A stretch of DNA of 64,000 nucleotides from Calditrichaceae bacterium (GCA_050173015.1 JBFXLE010000010.1:1-64000); one strand, 5' to 3'. Shown: positions 10,639 to 20,389, counted from the stretch's first letter. Translations and numbers: made by a program. The notes: generated from the sequence alone by a model not told the origin.

Positions 10639-11073
10639 TCATTTTAAGGTATCCTGATAAAAGTTTATAAAATTATCATATTCTTGGGCAAAAGTTATTT
10701 TTTTATGATGTTCCGGTTGATTCAAAATATATTTACATACTTTATCAACATCTGATTTTGACACCGAAAAAGCGGATGCTGTTCTTTGCCAGGAAAAATT
10801 ATATTTTGTCAGTTTGTTTTCATTGATAAATCGTTCGCTGCTATCGGCGATAATTGTTGCTAGTGTTTCTTCAGATATGGAAGGATTGCGGGAAACCAAG
10901 ATGTAGACATGTTCCGGATTGGCGTATATAGCATACAATTTTGAATCATTATTGCTTATAATTCCGGTCATATATTTTTCTATTCTAATCCGATGATTTT
11001 CCATTATCAGCTGTTGGCGTTGGAATACCGTAAAAACAAAATGTGTGTAGAGATTGTTGTATTCAATTTTCAT
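10639..11073 (-). mobile_element. tnpA: IS200/IS605-family Y1 (TnpA/RAYT-like) transposase with altered HUH motif
   Basis: LYTHFVF, PEHVYILV (HuH changed to HuY), FSWQ...AFSVS, YILNQPEHH. Confidence 0.85.
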
Positions 11074-11089
11074 ATTACCAATTCGCTTT

Positions 11090-11458
11090 TTTTAATAAGG
11101 CAATAAGGTTTTGAGTTTTGTGTAATTTTGTTTCTACTAAGGTTTGGAAAAACAAAATAAGGTTTAAAACCGTTCAACTTTCATTTTTAAAAACCTAATT
11201 TTAATTCTTTTACCTTAGCAGAAGATTGTTTCCCCTTTCAATAAATATGGTTTGGGGGTTATTTTTTTTTTGACTACTAAGGTTCGAAAAAAACAAAATA
11301 AGGTTAAAAAATCAGCAATGGTCATGTTAAAACGATATTTTGCTCATTTTACGTTAGCAGAACTTTGAATATCATTATTCTTAAAAACCTTATTTTAATC
11401 TTTTTACCTTAGTAGAAAAATCGTTTATATATGCTAATTAACCTTATTACCTTATTTC
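11090..11458. repeat. REP-like inverted-repeat cluster (upstream flank of Y1 transposase)
   Basis: Same CTACTAAGG/CCTTAG(T/C)AG hairpins at about 11134-11221 and 11274-11360, plus a half-site near 11385-11415. Confidence 0.8.
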
Positions 11459-11461
11459 CAT

Positions 11462-12622
11462 CTAGCCCAAAATCTCATCCAATAAATTTTGTTTTAGATA
11501 TTTTAAATCAATATGCTGCTTATGAACCAGATCAATACTATTTTGAATAGACTGAAATACATCTAATATTTTTTCCTGAACATCCAAAGGGGGCAAAGAA
11601 AATTCAAATTTGGACAAATCTTTCCATTTAGTTCTTGGCGATAACGACCCCGCGGAAGTGCTGACCGCATAATCAAAAACCGCTTCAGCTGTTACGTAGT
11701 AGGGAAACAGCCCGGGCAGGATTTTATTTTTATCAGGAACGATTACAATTATATCCCCGGAGCATAAACCACTGAAATCCGCGACAGCGACTTTTTTAAG
11801 ATAGGCGCGTCTTCTTCCAAAAAGCAGATCACCCGGTTTAAATGTTTTAGTGAATGTGGTGCCATCCGCAACATTTCCCCAGTTCGTAATTTTCAGATTC
11901 CCCGGTTCAATGTGTTCAAGCCCAACAAATCGTTCGTGACCTTCGGCGAGCGGATTTTTAGAAGACTCTCGTTTTTCACCGGCAATTGAGCCCAGTTTAA
12001 AAAGAGTCAATTGTTCCGCGAATATTAAATGGCCAAATTCAGGATTTTTAGCTACTAGATTGTCAGAAAGTTTAGTAATTAGATTTCGCAGATTCTTTTC
12101 CTGCGCTTCGGTTTGTTCTATTAGTTTTTCTATTGTGAGAAATAGTGAGAGTATTTTTTCCTGTTCATCCTTTGGCGGTAATTTGAAATTGTACTTGGCA
12201 AGGTCACGCCATTTAACCCTTTTTGACATCGTACCTGCAGCATTTGATATAGCATAATCCCAGAAAAATGACGTATTTAAAATTACTATAAGAAAATCTT
12301 TAATAAGATGATTTAAGTTTTGATTTAAAACTATTGCATCCCCCGAACACAACCCGTCAAAATTGACCACTGATGCTCGTTTAAGATAAGCATTTCTTCT
12401 TGCAAAAAGGACATTACCGTTTTTAAATAATTTCATTGCAGAGTTGAGATTTTCAGTTGTTCCGTTTTTCCTAATAAATAACTCGCCACCTTCAAAATGC
12501 TCAAGCCCAACAAATTTATCATATCCTGATTCTTTTGGTTTATCAACTCTGTTTTTACATTCAGAAGATACGTCACCAATGTTTTTTACCTTCCAAGATT
12601 CTTTAGATAACTTTGAAATCAC
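11462..12622 (-). CDS. hsdS: Type I R-M specificity subunit S
   Basis: Two TRD + LPP..EQEKI conserved-helix units; lies between hsdM and hsdR. Confidence 0.92.
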   Translation of the reverse strand: MISKLSKESWKVKNIGDVSSECKNRVDKPKESGYDKFVGLEHFEGGELFIRKNGTTENLNSAMKLFKNGNVLFARRNAYLKRASVVNFDGLCSGDAIVLNQNLNHLIKDFLIVILNTSFFWDYAISNAAGTMSKRVKWRDLAKYNFKLPPKDEQEKILSLFLTIEKLIEQTEAQEKNLRNLITKLSDNLVAKNPEFGHLIFAEQLTLFKLGSIAGEKRESSKNPLAEGHERFVGLEHIEPGNLKITNWGNVADGTTFTKTFKPGDLLFGRRRAYLKKVAVADFSGLCSGDIIVIVPDKNKILPGLFPYYVTAEAVFDYAVSTSAGSLSPRTKWKDLSKFEFSLPPLDVQEKILDVFQSIQNSIDLVHKQHIDLKYLKQNLLDEILG

Positions 12623-12623
12623 T

Positions 12624-14099
12624 TTAATTTATCCCTAGATCTTTTAATTGATTATAAAGATTGTCCATAGATTTATATATTTGTTCATGATTTTCTCGTA
12701 TATCATTAATCATTTTTGATAAACCCGTCTTTCTCATATTGTTTGTCATTTTTACATACAGTTGGATGCTTAAATTGCCGCTATGATCAGAAATAACATC
12801 TGTATTTTTTACTACCTTTGAAAAGCCTTCAATATCATTAAAATTCAAATATGCGTTTGATATTTTATTTATATGCTCATCTTCTAAATAAGCATCACTT
12901 CTTTCTAATCGGATTTCATCTTTCCCATCAATTAAAATTATTTTACCTTTCCTAATTTCTGGTTTATTAGTGTTACAGACTAAAAGACAACTTTCCATAG
13001 AACTATTATAGAACAGGTTTTTTCCTAAACCTATTACAGCATCAACCAAATCCGCTTCTATCATTTTTTTTCGCATTTCGGCTTCCGCATCTCTAAACAA
13101 AATACCATGCGGCCACAAAACCACGCTTCTGCCCGTCTCCGGTTTTAAACTTTTGATAATATGCTGCTGGAAGGCGTAGTCGGCATTGCCCTGTGGCGGC
13201 GTACCCCAAATATTGCGGCCAAAGGGATCGTTCATAAACTTTGTCCGGTTCCAGCGTTTGACGCTGTATGGCGGATTGGCCATGATTACATCAAACTTTT
13301 TTAGTTCATCATCTTCCAGTATTTGCGGGCTGTCCAGGGTGTCACCCTGCACAATCAGGAACTCATCAATGTTGTGCATAAACATATTCATACGGGCGAT
13401 GGCCGAAGTGATCAGATTCAGTTCCTGGCCGTATAACTTCAGGTTTCGGTATTCCTTGCCCTGGTCTTTTAGATGCACCACGCTGTTTAGCAAAATACCC
13501 CCGCTCCCACAGGTGGGGTCGTACACGCTTTCCCCGGATTTGGGGTCGGTAATTTGGGTCATAAGTTTTACGACGGTGCGGTTGGTATAAAATTCGGCGG
13601 CGGTATGTCCGCTGTCGTCGGCAAATTTTTTAATCAGGTATTCGTAGCCGATGCCCATTAAATCGTGGGGCACGTTTTTTACGGTTAAATCCATTCCGGA
13701 AAAATGCTCAATCAGGTCAAGTAATTTTTCATCACTCAGGCGGCGTTTATTGGTCCATTGGGCATCGCCAAAAACATCATGCAAAAGTTCAAAGTTCGCG
13801 TTTTCAATGTCGCGCAATGCCTTTTGCAGATTTTTACCGACATCAACCGATATTTTTCGAATGTCGTTCCAGTGACAGCCATCAGGGATTTGAAACCGAT
13901 GATTTTCACGGAATTGGGCGTAATCCAAATCGTTACCGGAGAGTTCGAGCGCTTCCCGGTATTCTTCGTCCCATAGATCGGAAATACGTTTAAAGAATAA
14001 GAGTGGAAAGATGTATTGTTTAAAGTCGGCGGCGTCAATCAATCCGCGCAGAATATTAGCGGCGCCCCAGAGGTAGTCTTCGAGTTGTTTGGTGGTCAT
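12624..14099 (-). CDS. hsdM: Type I R-M methyltransferase subunit M (NPPY)
   Basis: LWGAANILRG, AEFYT, VYDPTCGSGG (SAM motif I), MANPPYS (motif IV). Confidence 0.95.
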   Translation of the reverse strand: MTTKQLEDYLWGAANILRGLIDAADFKQYIFPLLFFKRISDLWDEEYREALELSGNDLDYAQFRENHRFQIPDGCHWNDIRKISVDVGKNLQKALRDIENANFELLHDVFGDAQWTNKRRLSDEKLLDLIEHFSGMDLTVKNVPHDLMGIGYEYLIKKFADDSGHTAAEFYTNRTVVKLMTQITDPKSGESVYDPTCGSGGILLNSVVHLKDQGKEYRNLKLYGQELNLITSAIARMNMFMHNIDEFLIVQGDTLDSPQILEDDELKKFDVIMANPPYSVKRWNRTKFMNDPFGRNIWGTPPQGNADYAFQQHIIKSLKPETGRSVVLWPHGILFRDAEAEMRKKMIEADLVDAVIGLGKNLFYNSSMESCLLVCNTNKPEIRKGKIILIDGKDEIRLERSDAYLEDEHINKISNAYLNFNDIEGFSKVVKNTDVISDHSGNLSIQLYVKMTNNMRKTGLSKMINDIRENHEQIYKSMDNLYNQLKDLGIN

Positions 14100-14219
14100 T
14101 CGGGTCTCTTTTCCTTTTCAGCTTTCGGATGAATACCGTTTGATTTACGGAAATCAATTTAACCAATTTTTAAAAACAGCGTAAGAGAAAATTTAGTTTT
14201 AAGCCGCGTGATGGATTTT

Positions 14220-14346
14220 TGGGGCAGGGCTCACCAGATTATGGAATGAACAGATCAGACTATCTCTAACTTACAAAATTATTTTATCTGAAAACATACC
14301 AAAAACCACCCAGCCCATCAATTCCAGTGAAGGCAAATGTTATGAT
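14220..14346 (-). other. Degenerate attC-like site
   Basis: On the - strand, R'' ATCATAAC at the stop codon; arm TTCACTGGAATTGATGG pairs with CCATAATCTGGTGAG; terminal GTT R' box is missing. Confidence 0.5.
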
Positions 14347-15383
14347 CATAACATAAAATCTTCAGATACCATTCTTGATGCAGTTGATGCTTTTATTTTT
14401 GATGTACCCTTATATTTTGAAGATATAGCATTTCCTTCTTTACTAAATTTTGTCAAAATATCTCTCAAATTATTTATTGATGAAATATCTAAGACTAAAC
14501 GTATACACGTGCCCTTAACCTTAGTTGTAAAATCTATTTTATCATTTCTTTCAACCATTATCCCTGAAGAATAACTTGCTAAAAAAAATGATCCATTACC
14601 ATTCCTACATATTCTATTCAACATATATAGACCATAACCAGAATTTTGCCATACATCATGTTTTACTTTTTTAACTCCTTTATACATTTTTCCTGAAATG
14701 CCAGGCAAATAGCTCATCAAAACTGCATCTCTATCATTTTCAATTTCCAGATAAGGATTATTTAAAAGACTCGCTTTTAATCCTATTCCATTATCAATTA
14801 GACATAATTCTGCTTTTTGTTTTGTTGGCCAGTACTGGCCGCAATATTCATATGACTCAGAATTACTATGTTCATAAACATTTCTTATTATTTCCCGAAA
14901 GGAGTAAGATATTACATCAAATACTGGGCCGTTATTAGTATGAGTTAAGACTTGAGAAAGGCGCTGAGCTTCCTCTTCGATGATGTTGTGTATCTTTGTA
15001 TATCTATTATTTGCTTTTTTGTCCAGTTTCTTTATAGGCATGCTAGTAATTGGTATATAGTTATTATTTCCTTTTTTTTTAACAACTTTAGTTCCAAATC
15101 CAAAACCGCAACTTCTGAAAAATGCCATGTGATCAGCATATGATAGACAATCTCTTGAGTGTATTTTATTGTTTGGAATATTAAATTGAATATTTGATTT
15201 CTTGTTTAAATCCAAAAACTCTTTTATATGCTTCGAAACGTATAGAAGTGAAAAGGGCTCGATCCAAGATAAATTATTAAAATCAAACATATATTCATCA
15301 TGACCTGTATTATCAAATATATGGTTTATAAATTGAATTGAACTATCCATGGTAAGTTCATGTGGGAATGTAAAAATTTCCAT
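14346..15383 (-). CDS. Orphan GHKL/HATPase-fold ATP-binding protein with STAS-like N-terminus
   Basis: EIIRNVYEHS (N box), DNGIG (G1), NSGYGLY (G2), GTCI; AT-rich. Confidence 0.8.
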   Translation of the reverse strand: MEIFTFPHELTMDSSIQFINHIFDNTGHDEYMFDFNNLSWIEPFSLLYVSKHIKEFLDLNKKSNIQFNIPNNKIHSRDCLSYADHMAFFRSCGFGFGTKVVKKKGNNNYIPITSMPIKKLDKKANNRYTKIHNIIEEEAQRLSQVLTHTNNGPVFDVISYSFREIIRNVYEHSNSESYEYCGQYWPTKQKAELCLIDNGIGLKASLLNNPYLEIENDRDAVLMSYLPGISGKMYKGVKKVKHDVWQNSGYGLYMLNRICRNGNGSFFLASYSSGIMVERNDKIDFTTKVKGTCIRLVLDISSINNLRDILTKFSKEGNAISSKYKGTSKIKASTASRMVSEDFML

Positions 15384-15419
15384 TTATATATATCTCCAAT
15401 TAAATGTTATACTAAATAA

Positions 15420-15524
15420 TCCTAACCGGCGGCGATAACAAGCAAAAATAAGCGGCCAAAAAACTTGAAAAAAATCCTAAAATCATCGTCCGCGTTTTTT
15501 GTCAGGTTGATTGCATTGTTGGGT
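15420..15524 (-). other. attC integron cassette recombination site
   Basis: - strand: R'' ACCCAAC, L'' AATCAACCTGAC, inner arms AAAAAACGCGG/CCGCTTATTTTTG, L' GTTATCG, R' GTTAGGA; lies directly after the gene at 15560. Confidence 0.75.
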
Positions 15525-15559
15525 TGCCACACCATGTAAAACATAATTATTAAAGGCTG

Positions 15560-17929
15560 TTACATAAAACTTAATGAATGTAAAAAATCAAGCATTTCAG
15601 TAGTAAAATTTCTCACATCATCGATATTCCTACTTGTGAATATGTGATTATCAGGATTTGTTGTTCTTCTGAATTCATGTAGTTTAGTTTGCTGTTGTTC
15701 TGTAATAAAAACATTTTCTTTAAGACCATTAATTAAGTTTTCAAGATTATGTTCATCTAAATTGAAATCTAGTATTTGTTTGAAAAAAATCCGTTTTAAA
15801 TGATTTTCCAAATAAGGCCGTAAATCGGATTTTACATCATTGTCATGCTTTCTGTTAATAAAGTTATACAAGTACAAAAAATTCTTATTATGCTCGTCTA
15901 AAAGAAACTGAGTTGAATCAAGTGTATTAATTACACACGATGCACTTTCTTTTTTTACTTCTAACAATTTGTAAGTCAATTGCTGGATCTTGGTAATTTC
16001 TAAAAACCGTGTTATAAGGTTAGGATAATGAGTTAATATAATAATTTGGCTAACTTTTGATAGTGTCTCCTTGGTTAAATTTATTGTTTTTGTAATACGT
16101 TGATCATCAAAACTTGTAATTGGATCATCAAAGATAATTATTGAGTTTTGTAAATCACCTTCATCTTTTAGATTTATTTTTGCCCAAAATACAGCCAATG
16201 CTAAGGCTCGGCGATCTGATTCGCTAAAAATAAAAGGTAGTTGCTCAGCCGTAATTTTATGGTTTTTATATTTTACAGATAGACTATACACTTTTTTAAA
16301 GCCACGATCATCAGTGTCCATAATTAAAGTAAAGTCTCTGCTACCAAATTGAACAAAAAGTTTATTAATTTCTTTATAATATTTTTCAAGATAATCAGAT
16401 TGAGACTCAATGAGCGCTTTTTTTAATCTTTCCTGCTCGTTTTCCAATTCTGATATTTTTGCCGAAATAATTTTATATTTTTCGCAAAGATTATTTTGTT
16501 CAAGTCGTGCTATCTTTAAATTCAGGACATTTATTTCTTTATTTAATTTATCCACAAATTCTTTTTTTTCGTCAGTTGTATAACTATTTTTAAAATTCTT
16601 TATACTCTCAATAAAAAAATCAACAAGAGAATCGATTGTATTTTCTTCCTGGATGAATTCATCGATGAGCGGTTGAATCAATGAATAATCAAAAGACTTG
16701 ATGCTTTTATGAGGTGTTCTTTTCTTGGTATCAATCACAACTGCGATATCAGAAAGAAGCGATTGAATTGTACCTTTGAGTTTTTCTTCTAATTGGGAGA
16801 TAGAATTTCTTTTAATTTCCAATTCAGAAATATTTTTATTGAAAATCTCATCTGTAATTAAATCTTGATAATCTTTGATAATAAGTAATGAATCAGATAC
16901 ATTCTTACTATATTCTATTTCTTTGGAACTAATATTTTGTAAAGATTCATCCAATGAAGTCTCAATATTGTTTATGTATTGAATATACTCTTCGTTAAAA
17001 TAAGTTTGATAAACACCAATCAAATCCTGAACTGTTTTTAAATCCTGACCACAAAAAGGACATTGCGCATCATCAATGTTAAAATTACTTATATCTAAAC
17101 CCTGTTTTATCCAGAATTCAGCATCTTCAATATTTTTAAAATTAGAATGTATATGATTTTGTAATTTTAACACCGCTTCTTCTTTTAATGATTCAAAACT
17201 TTTAATCAAAATGCTATTAATGTACCTGATGCATGCTAAAAATTCTTTCAGATTTGATTTATTGAATTTAATTGGCTCATTTTTATTTAATATAGAATTG
17301 ACATTGCCTAGTTTTTTTTCTTCTGAAACCAAAATGGCAGTTTTTTCTTTTAATGTATTTTTTAAAGCGCCTACATCTTCAGTAACTTTAAGACTAATGA
17401 AAGAATTTATTTTATCTTCAGTTTCATCTATAACATAAGGTGGTATAGCATTCTTTATTTCGCTTCTTTTATTTCTCAAATCATGATTTGTTTTTTCTAA
17501 TTTTGTGGCATAATCAGCCCCTTCTGTACCAAGAATAAAATCAGTAAAATTTTCTTTATTTTGCCTTTCAATTGTCAGACCGGTAAAAACATTTTTATGT
17601 ATAAAGTCTGTTCCAAAAACTTCAATATGGTTATCAATGACATTGCTGTCCCATTTCCCATCTTTAAATTTAATTGTTCTTTCATTTTCGTCTGGTTTAA
17701 TGGACATTTCTACTAATTGAGATGTACTACTTAAAGGAATGGTTTTTCTTTGACTTAAAATTTCACTGTCATTTTTTGCTAATGATTGAAAGACATCGCA
17801 AAGTGTTGTTTTACCATGAGCATTCAAGCCGTACAACAAAGTCAATTTTTCAAAACGCTTTGAACCGCCATCACAAAAGTTTGAGAATGCACCGACTTGT
17901 ACTATCTTTTTTATACTTTTAATTTCCAT
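15560..17929 (-). CDS. AAA_13/RloC-like ABC ATPase with zinc hook and C-terminal HEPN-like domain
   Basis: Walker A GLNAHGKTT, coiled coil with CPFC hook, FSESDRRALALA signature, FDDPITSFD, LTH, C-terminal RPYLE...RRTTNPDNH. Confidence 0.82.
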   Translation of the reverse strand: MEIKSIKKIVQVGAFSNFCDGGSKRFEKLTLLYGLNAHGKTTLCDVFQSLAKNDSEILSQRKTIPLSSTSQLVEMSIKPDENERTIKFKDGKWDSNVIDNHIEVFGTDFIHKNVFTGLTIERQNKENFTDFILGTEGADYATKLEKTNHDLRNKRSEIKNAIPPYVIDETEDKINSFISLKVTEDVGALKNTLKEKTAILVSEEKKLGNVNSILNKNEPIKFNKSNLKEFLACIRYINSILIKSFESLKEEAVLKLQNHIHSNFKNIEDAEFWIKQGLDISNFNIDDAQCPFCGQDLKTVQDLIGVYQTYFNEEYIQYINNIETSLDESLQNISSKEIEYSKNVSDSLLIIKDYQDLITDEIFNKNISELEIKRNSISQLEEKLKGTIQSLLSDIAVVIDTKKRTPHKSIKSFDYSLIQPLIDEFIQEENTIDSLVDFFIESIKNFKNSYTTDEKKEFVDKLNKEINVLNLKIARLEQNNLCEKYKIISAKISELENEQERLKKALIESQSDYLEKYYKEINKLFVQFGSRDFTLIMDTDDRGFKKVYSLSVKYKNHKITAEQLPFIFSESDRRALALAVFWAKINLKDEGDLQNSIIIFDDPITSFDDQRITKTINLTKETLSKVSQIIILTHYPNLITRFLEITKIQQLTYKLLEVKKESASCVINTLDSTQFLLDEHNKNFLYLYNFINRKHDNDVKSDLRPYLENHLKRIFFKQILDFNLDEHNLENLINGLKENVFITEQQQTKLHEFRRTTNPDNHIFTSRNIDDVRNFTTEMLDFLHSLSFM

Positions 17930-18081
17930 TTTAGTCCTTGATTTACCTTATTTCATCATACTAATCCATTCATTCAAGATATTGTCTTTACAGGTGGTTT
18001 TACTCGAGCAGTTCAATAATAGTTTTAATATGACAGTTTTTTCTCATCGCTCAAATTGTAAGTAATTGTGGCCACATGGAG

Positions 18082-18696
18082 TTATAATTTACTCTTTCCT
18101 ATAGCATGATTTTTTTTATTCCCCTTCGGATATTCAAGATTAGCAAACGGGAATGGCCTATTTGGATCTCTCAATTTAGATAATGAATAAGTAGAAACAT
18201 TCTTAATAAACAGTTCTAACATAAAATCTTCAACTTCTTTAGGATTATTACATTTACCATAATAAATATATAGGTTGTTCAAATTAGTTAGTGTTTTTAT
18301 CCAGCACCCACCAGCATGCGGCCTTTTATCACCAAGTTCAGTTGTATAATATTGTTTAATTCTTTGATTAATTTTTTTAGTTGTCATTCCAATATATAAT
18401 ATATTTTCATCAGATAGCCAGAACTCAGATAACCTACTAATAATAGCGTCGACTGAAGGATTAGGTTTCTTATCCAATTCAATAGTAGGAACCTTTTTTA
18501 TCCAATATTTTACTTTTATTTCTGAGAGAGGGGCATTCTCTAATAAATTATTGCTTTTACTTTCATCATCAGTTAAAGAAACAATGTATATACCTGGATA
18601 TTTACTTTCATCTTGGTCAATATTATATCCCCACTTTGCTCTATCAATAATTTTTACTCTCGCTTTATTAAATAAATAAGAAACTGTTGAAGGCAT
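18082..18696 (-). CDS. GIY-YIG-like nuclease
   Basis: PGIYIV ... ILYIGMT ... RIKQYY; GGAGG RBS before ATG 18696 (ORF track start 18708). Confidence 0.65.
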   Translation of the reverse strand: MPSTVSYLFNKARVKIIDRAKWGYNIDQDESKYPGIYIVSLTDDESKSNNLLENAPLSEIKVKYWIKKVPTIELDKKPNPSVDAIISRLSEFWLSDENILYIGMTTKKINQRIKQYYTTELGDKRPHAGGCWIKTLTNLNNLYIYYGKCNNPKEVEDFMLELFIKNVSTYSLSKLRDPNRPFPFANLEYPKGNKKNHAIGKSKL

Positions 18697-18726
18697 ATTT
18701 ACCTCCATAAGGTTAATTTATCTATA

Positions 18727-18735
18727 CAACCCAAC
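18727..18735 (-). other. Cassette 5' recombination core site (GTTGGGTTG), attI-like or remnant R'
   Basis: Perfect 9-bp inverted match to the R'' box of the attC at 15518-15526. Confidence 0.55.
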
Positions 18736-19177
18736 ATAATAATTTAAAGCGTCTATTCATTCTCATTTTTTTTCAAATGTTAGAAAAATTAACTATCGGA
18801 AAAACTTCATTCTTCCTCTCAATAGAATAAGGGATTTGTAAGGTACACCCCAAACCATTCATTATTTTTGACACCGGCACAAAATTGCATCCAAACAAGG
18901 AGCTGACATCTATCTATCAAAAAATAAACTGTTATCGTTTTCAACGATTGAAGAAAAAATAAAGACATGAATAAAAACGTTATCATTATAAACATAAATA
19001 ATAAAAAATTCAAGAACCTAATTGGAGATAAACGGAAATGCTGGCGAGAGCTGTGAACATCGATTACATAGGTTGACTGTTCCGGCGTCCTTTCCGTGAG
19101 AATTTGATCTCAAATATTTAAAGTTTCCCATAGCCAAACAACAGATTAAGGAGAGTAGGGATACCACGTCAACTGAT

Positions 19178-19306
19178 TTTCACTATATTATGGTGTTTCA
19201 CCGAACGGTGAAATGTATCAAAATAGTGAAATTTATTTGAACATATCTGATATTTCATTATATTATAGCGTTTTAACAAATGGTGAAAGCAGGTGTTTCA
19301 GTGAAA
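19178..19306 (+). promoter_or_regulatory. Two tandem imperfect inverted repeats, probable AbiEi autorepression operators
   Basis: TTTCACTATATTATGGTGTTTCACCG-AA-CGGTGAAATGTATCAAAATAGTGAAA (19178-19231) and a degenerate copy at 19253-19306 overlapping the start codon. Confidence 0.65.
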
Positions 19307-20389
19307 ATCAGTGAAAAAAACATTCTTGAAGATGCAAAAAACGTCCTTGTGCGTTATTTAAAAGACATTCCATTCATCAAGATAAATAATATATTAAGCA
19401 ATATTAAAAATGATAAAGTACAGGCAGATCTTTGGGTTAAATTTTCAGAACCACAAAACTGTCCGGACATTGTCGTTGTGGTAAAGAACAGTGGAGAACC
19501 ACGTATTATACGCGATGCTGTCAATCAATTGCTTCGATATTTAGAATACATACCCAACGCGTATGGCTTAATATCGGCTCCCTATATCTCAGAAAAATCG
19601 GCTGAAATCTGTAAGGAGTCGGGAATCGGATATATGGATTTATCCGGCAATTATTTCTTGTCTTTTGGACAGGTCTATATTAAGAAAGAAGGCAAATCAA
19701 ACCCAAAACTTGAAAATAAGGTTTTAAAATCTATTTATTATCCCAAGGCCGAACGAATTTTACGTGTCCTTTTAAATAATCCGCATTCAGTATGGCAAAC
19801 TGAAAAATTAGCTAAAGAAGCAAATGTCAGTTTGGGGCTTGTTTCTAAAGTCAGGCAACGTCTTGATGCCATGGAATGGATCGTTAATAAATCAAGTGGA
19901 TACAAATTGTCTGAATGGGATGCCCTGCTGCAGGATTGGGCAAAGAATTTTAAGTTTACAAAGAATAAGATGTATAACTTTTATTCTCTCAAAACAAACC
20001 AATATATTGAAGAACAATTGAAGGCGTATTGTATAGAAAATAACACTTTATGGGGTTTAACATCCTTCTCAGGCGCGTCAAGATTAGCACCTTATACCCG
20101 CCAAAATCGTTTGTATGCATATTTTGATGGAGACATAGAAAAGCTAACAAACTCGATAGATTTGAAAAGTGTTCCCAGTGGGCAAAATGTAGTATTGATT
20201 AAACCATATGATAATGGAGTTTTTTATAATTCAACAGAAAAAGATAATATCCCGGTTGTCTCCGCGATTCAAATCTATTTGGATTTAATTCAAAACAAAG
20301 GTCGTGGAGAAGAGGCGGCTGAATTTTTATATGAAAAGGTAATTAAAAAATCATGGTTACAAAGCGGGATTTCAAAAAACGGGATGTAG
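19301..20389 (+). CDS. AbiEi-type (type IV TA) antitoxin / transcriptional regulator
   Basis: APYISEKS...GYMDLSGN, wHTH LAKEANVSLGLVSKV, C-terminal VSAIQIYLDL...GRGEEAAE; GTG 19301 is the likely start (ORF track 19280). Confidence 0.8.
   Translation: MKISEKNILEDAKNVLVRYLKDIPFIKINNILSNIKNDKVQADLWVKFSEPQNCPDIVVVVKNSGEPRIIRDAVNQLLRYLEYIPNAYGLISAPYISEKSAEICKESGIGYMDLSGNYFLSFGQVYIKKEGKSNPKLENKVLKSIYYPKAERILRVLLNNPHSVWQTEKLAKEANVSLGLVSKVRQRLDAMEWIVNKSSGYKLSEWDALLQDWAKNFKFTKNKMYNFYSLKTNQYIEEQLKAYCIENNTLWGLTSFSGASRLAPYTRQNRLYAYFDGDIEKLTNSIDLKSVPSGQNVVLIKPYDNGVFYNSTEKDNIPVVSAIQIYLDLIQNKGRGEEAAEFLYEKVIKKSWLQSGISKNGM

Noticed and set aside
18819-19013. 64-aa hydrophobic ORF
   Set aside because: TTG start, no RBS, low-complexity AT-rich intergenic sequence; probably spurious.
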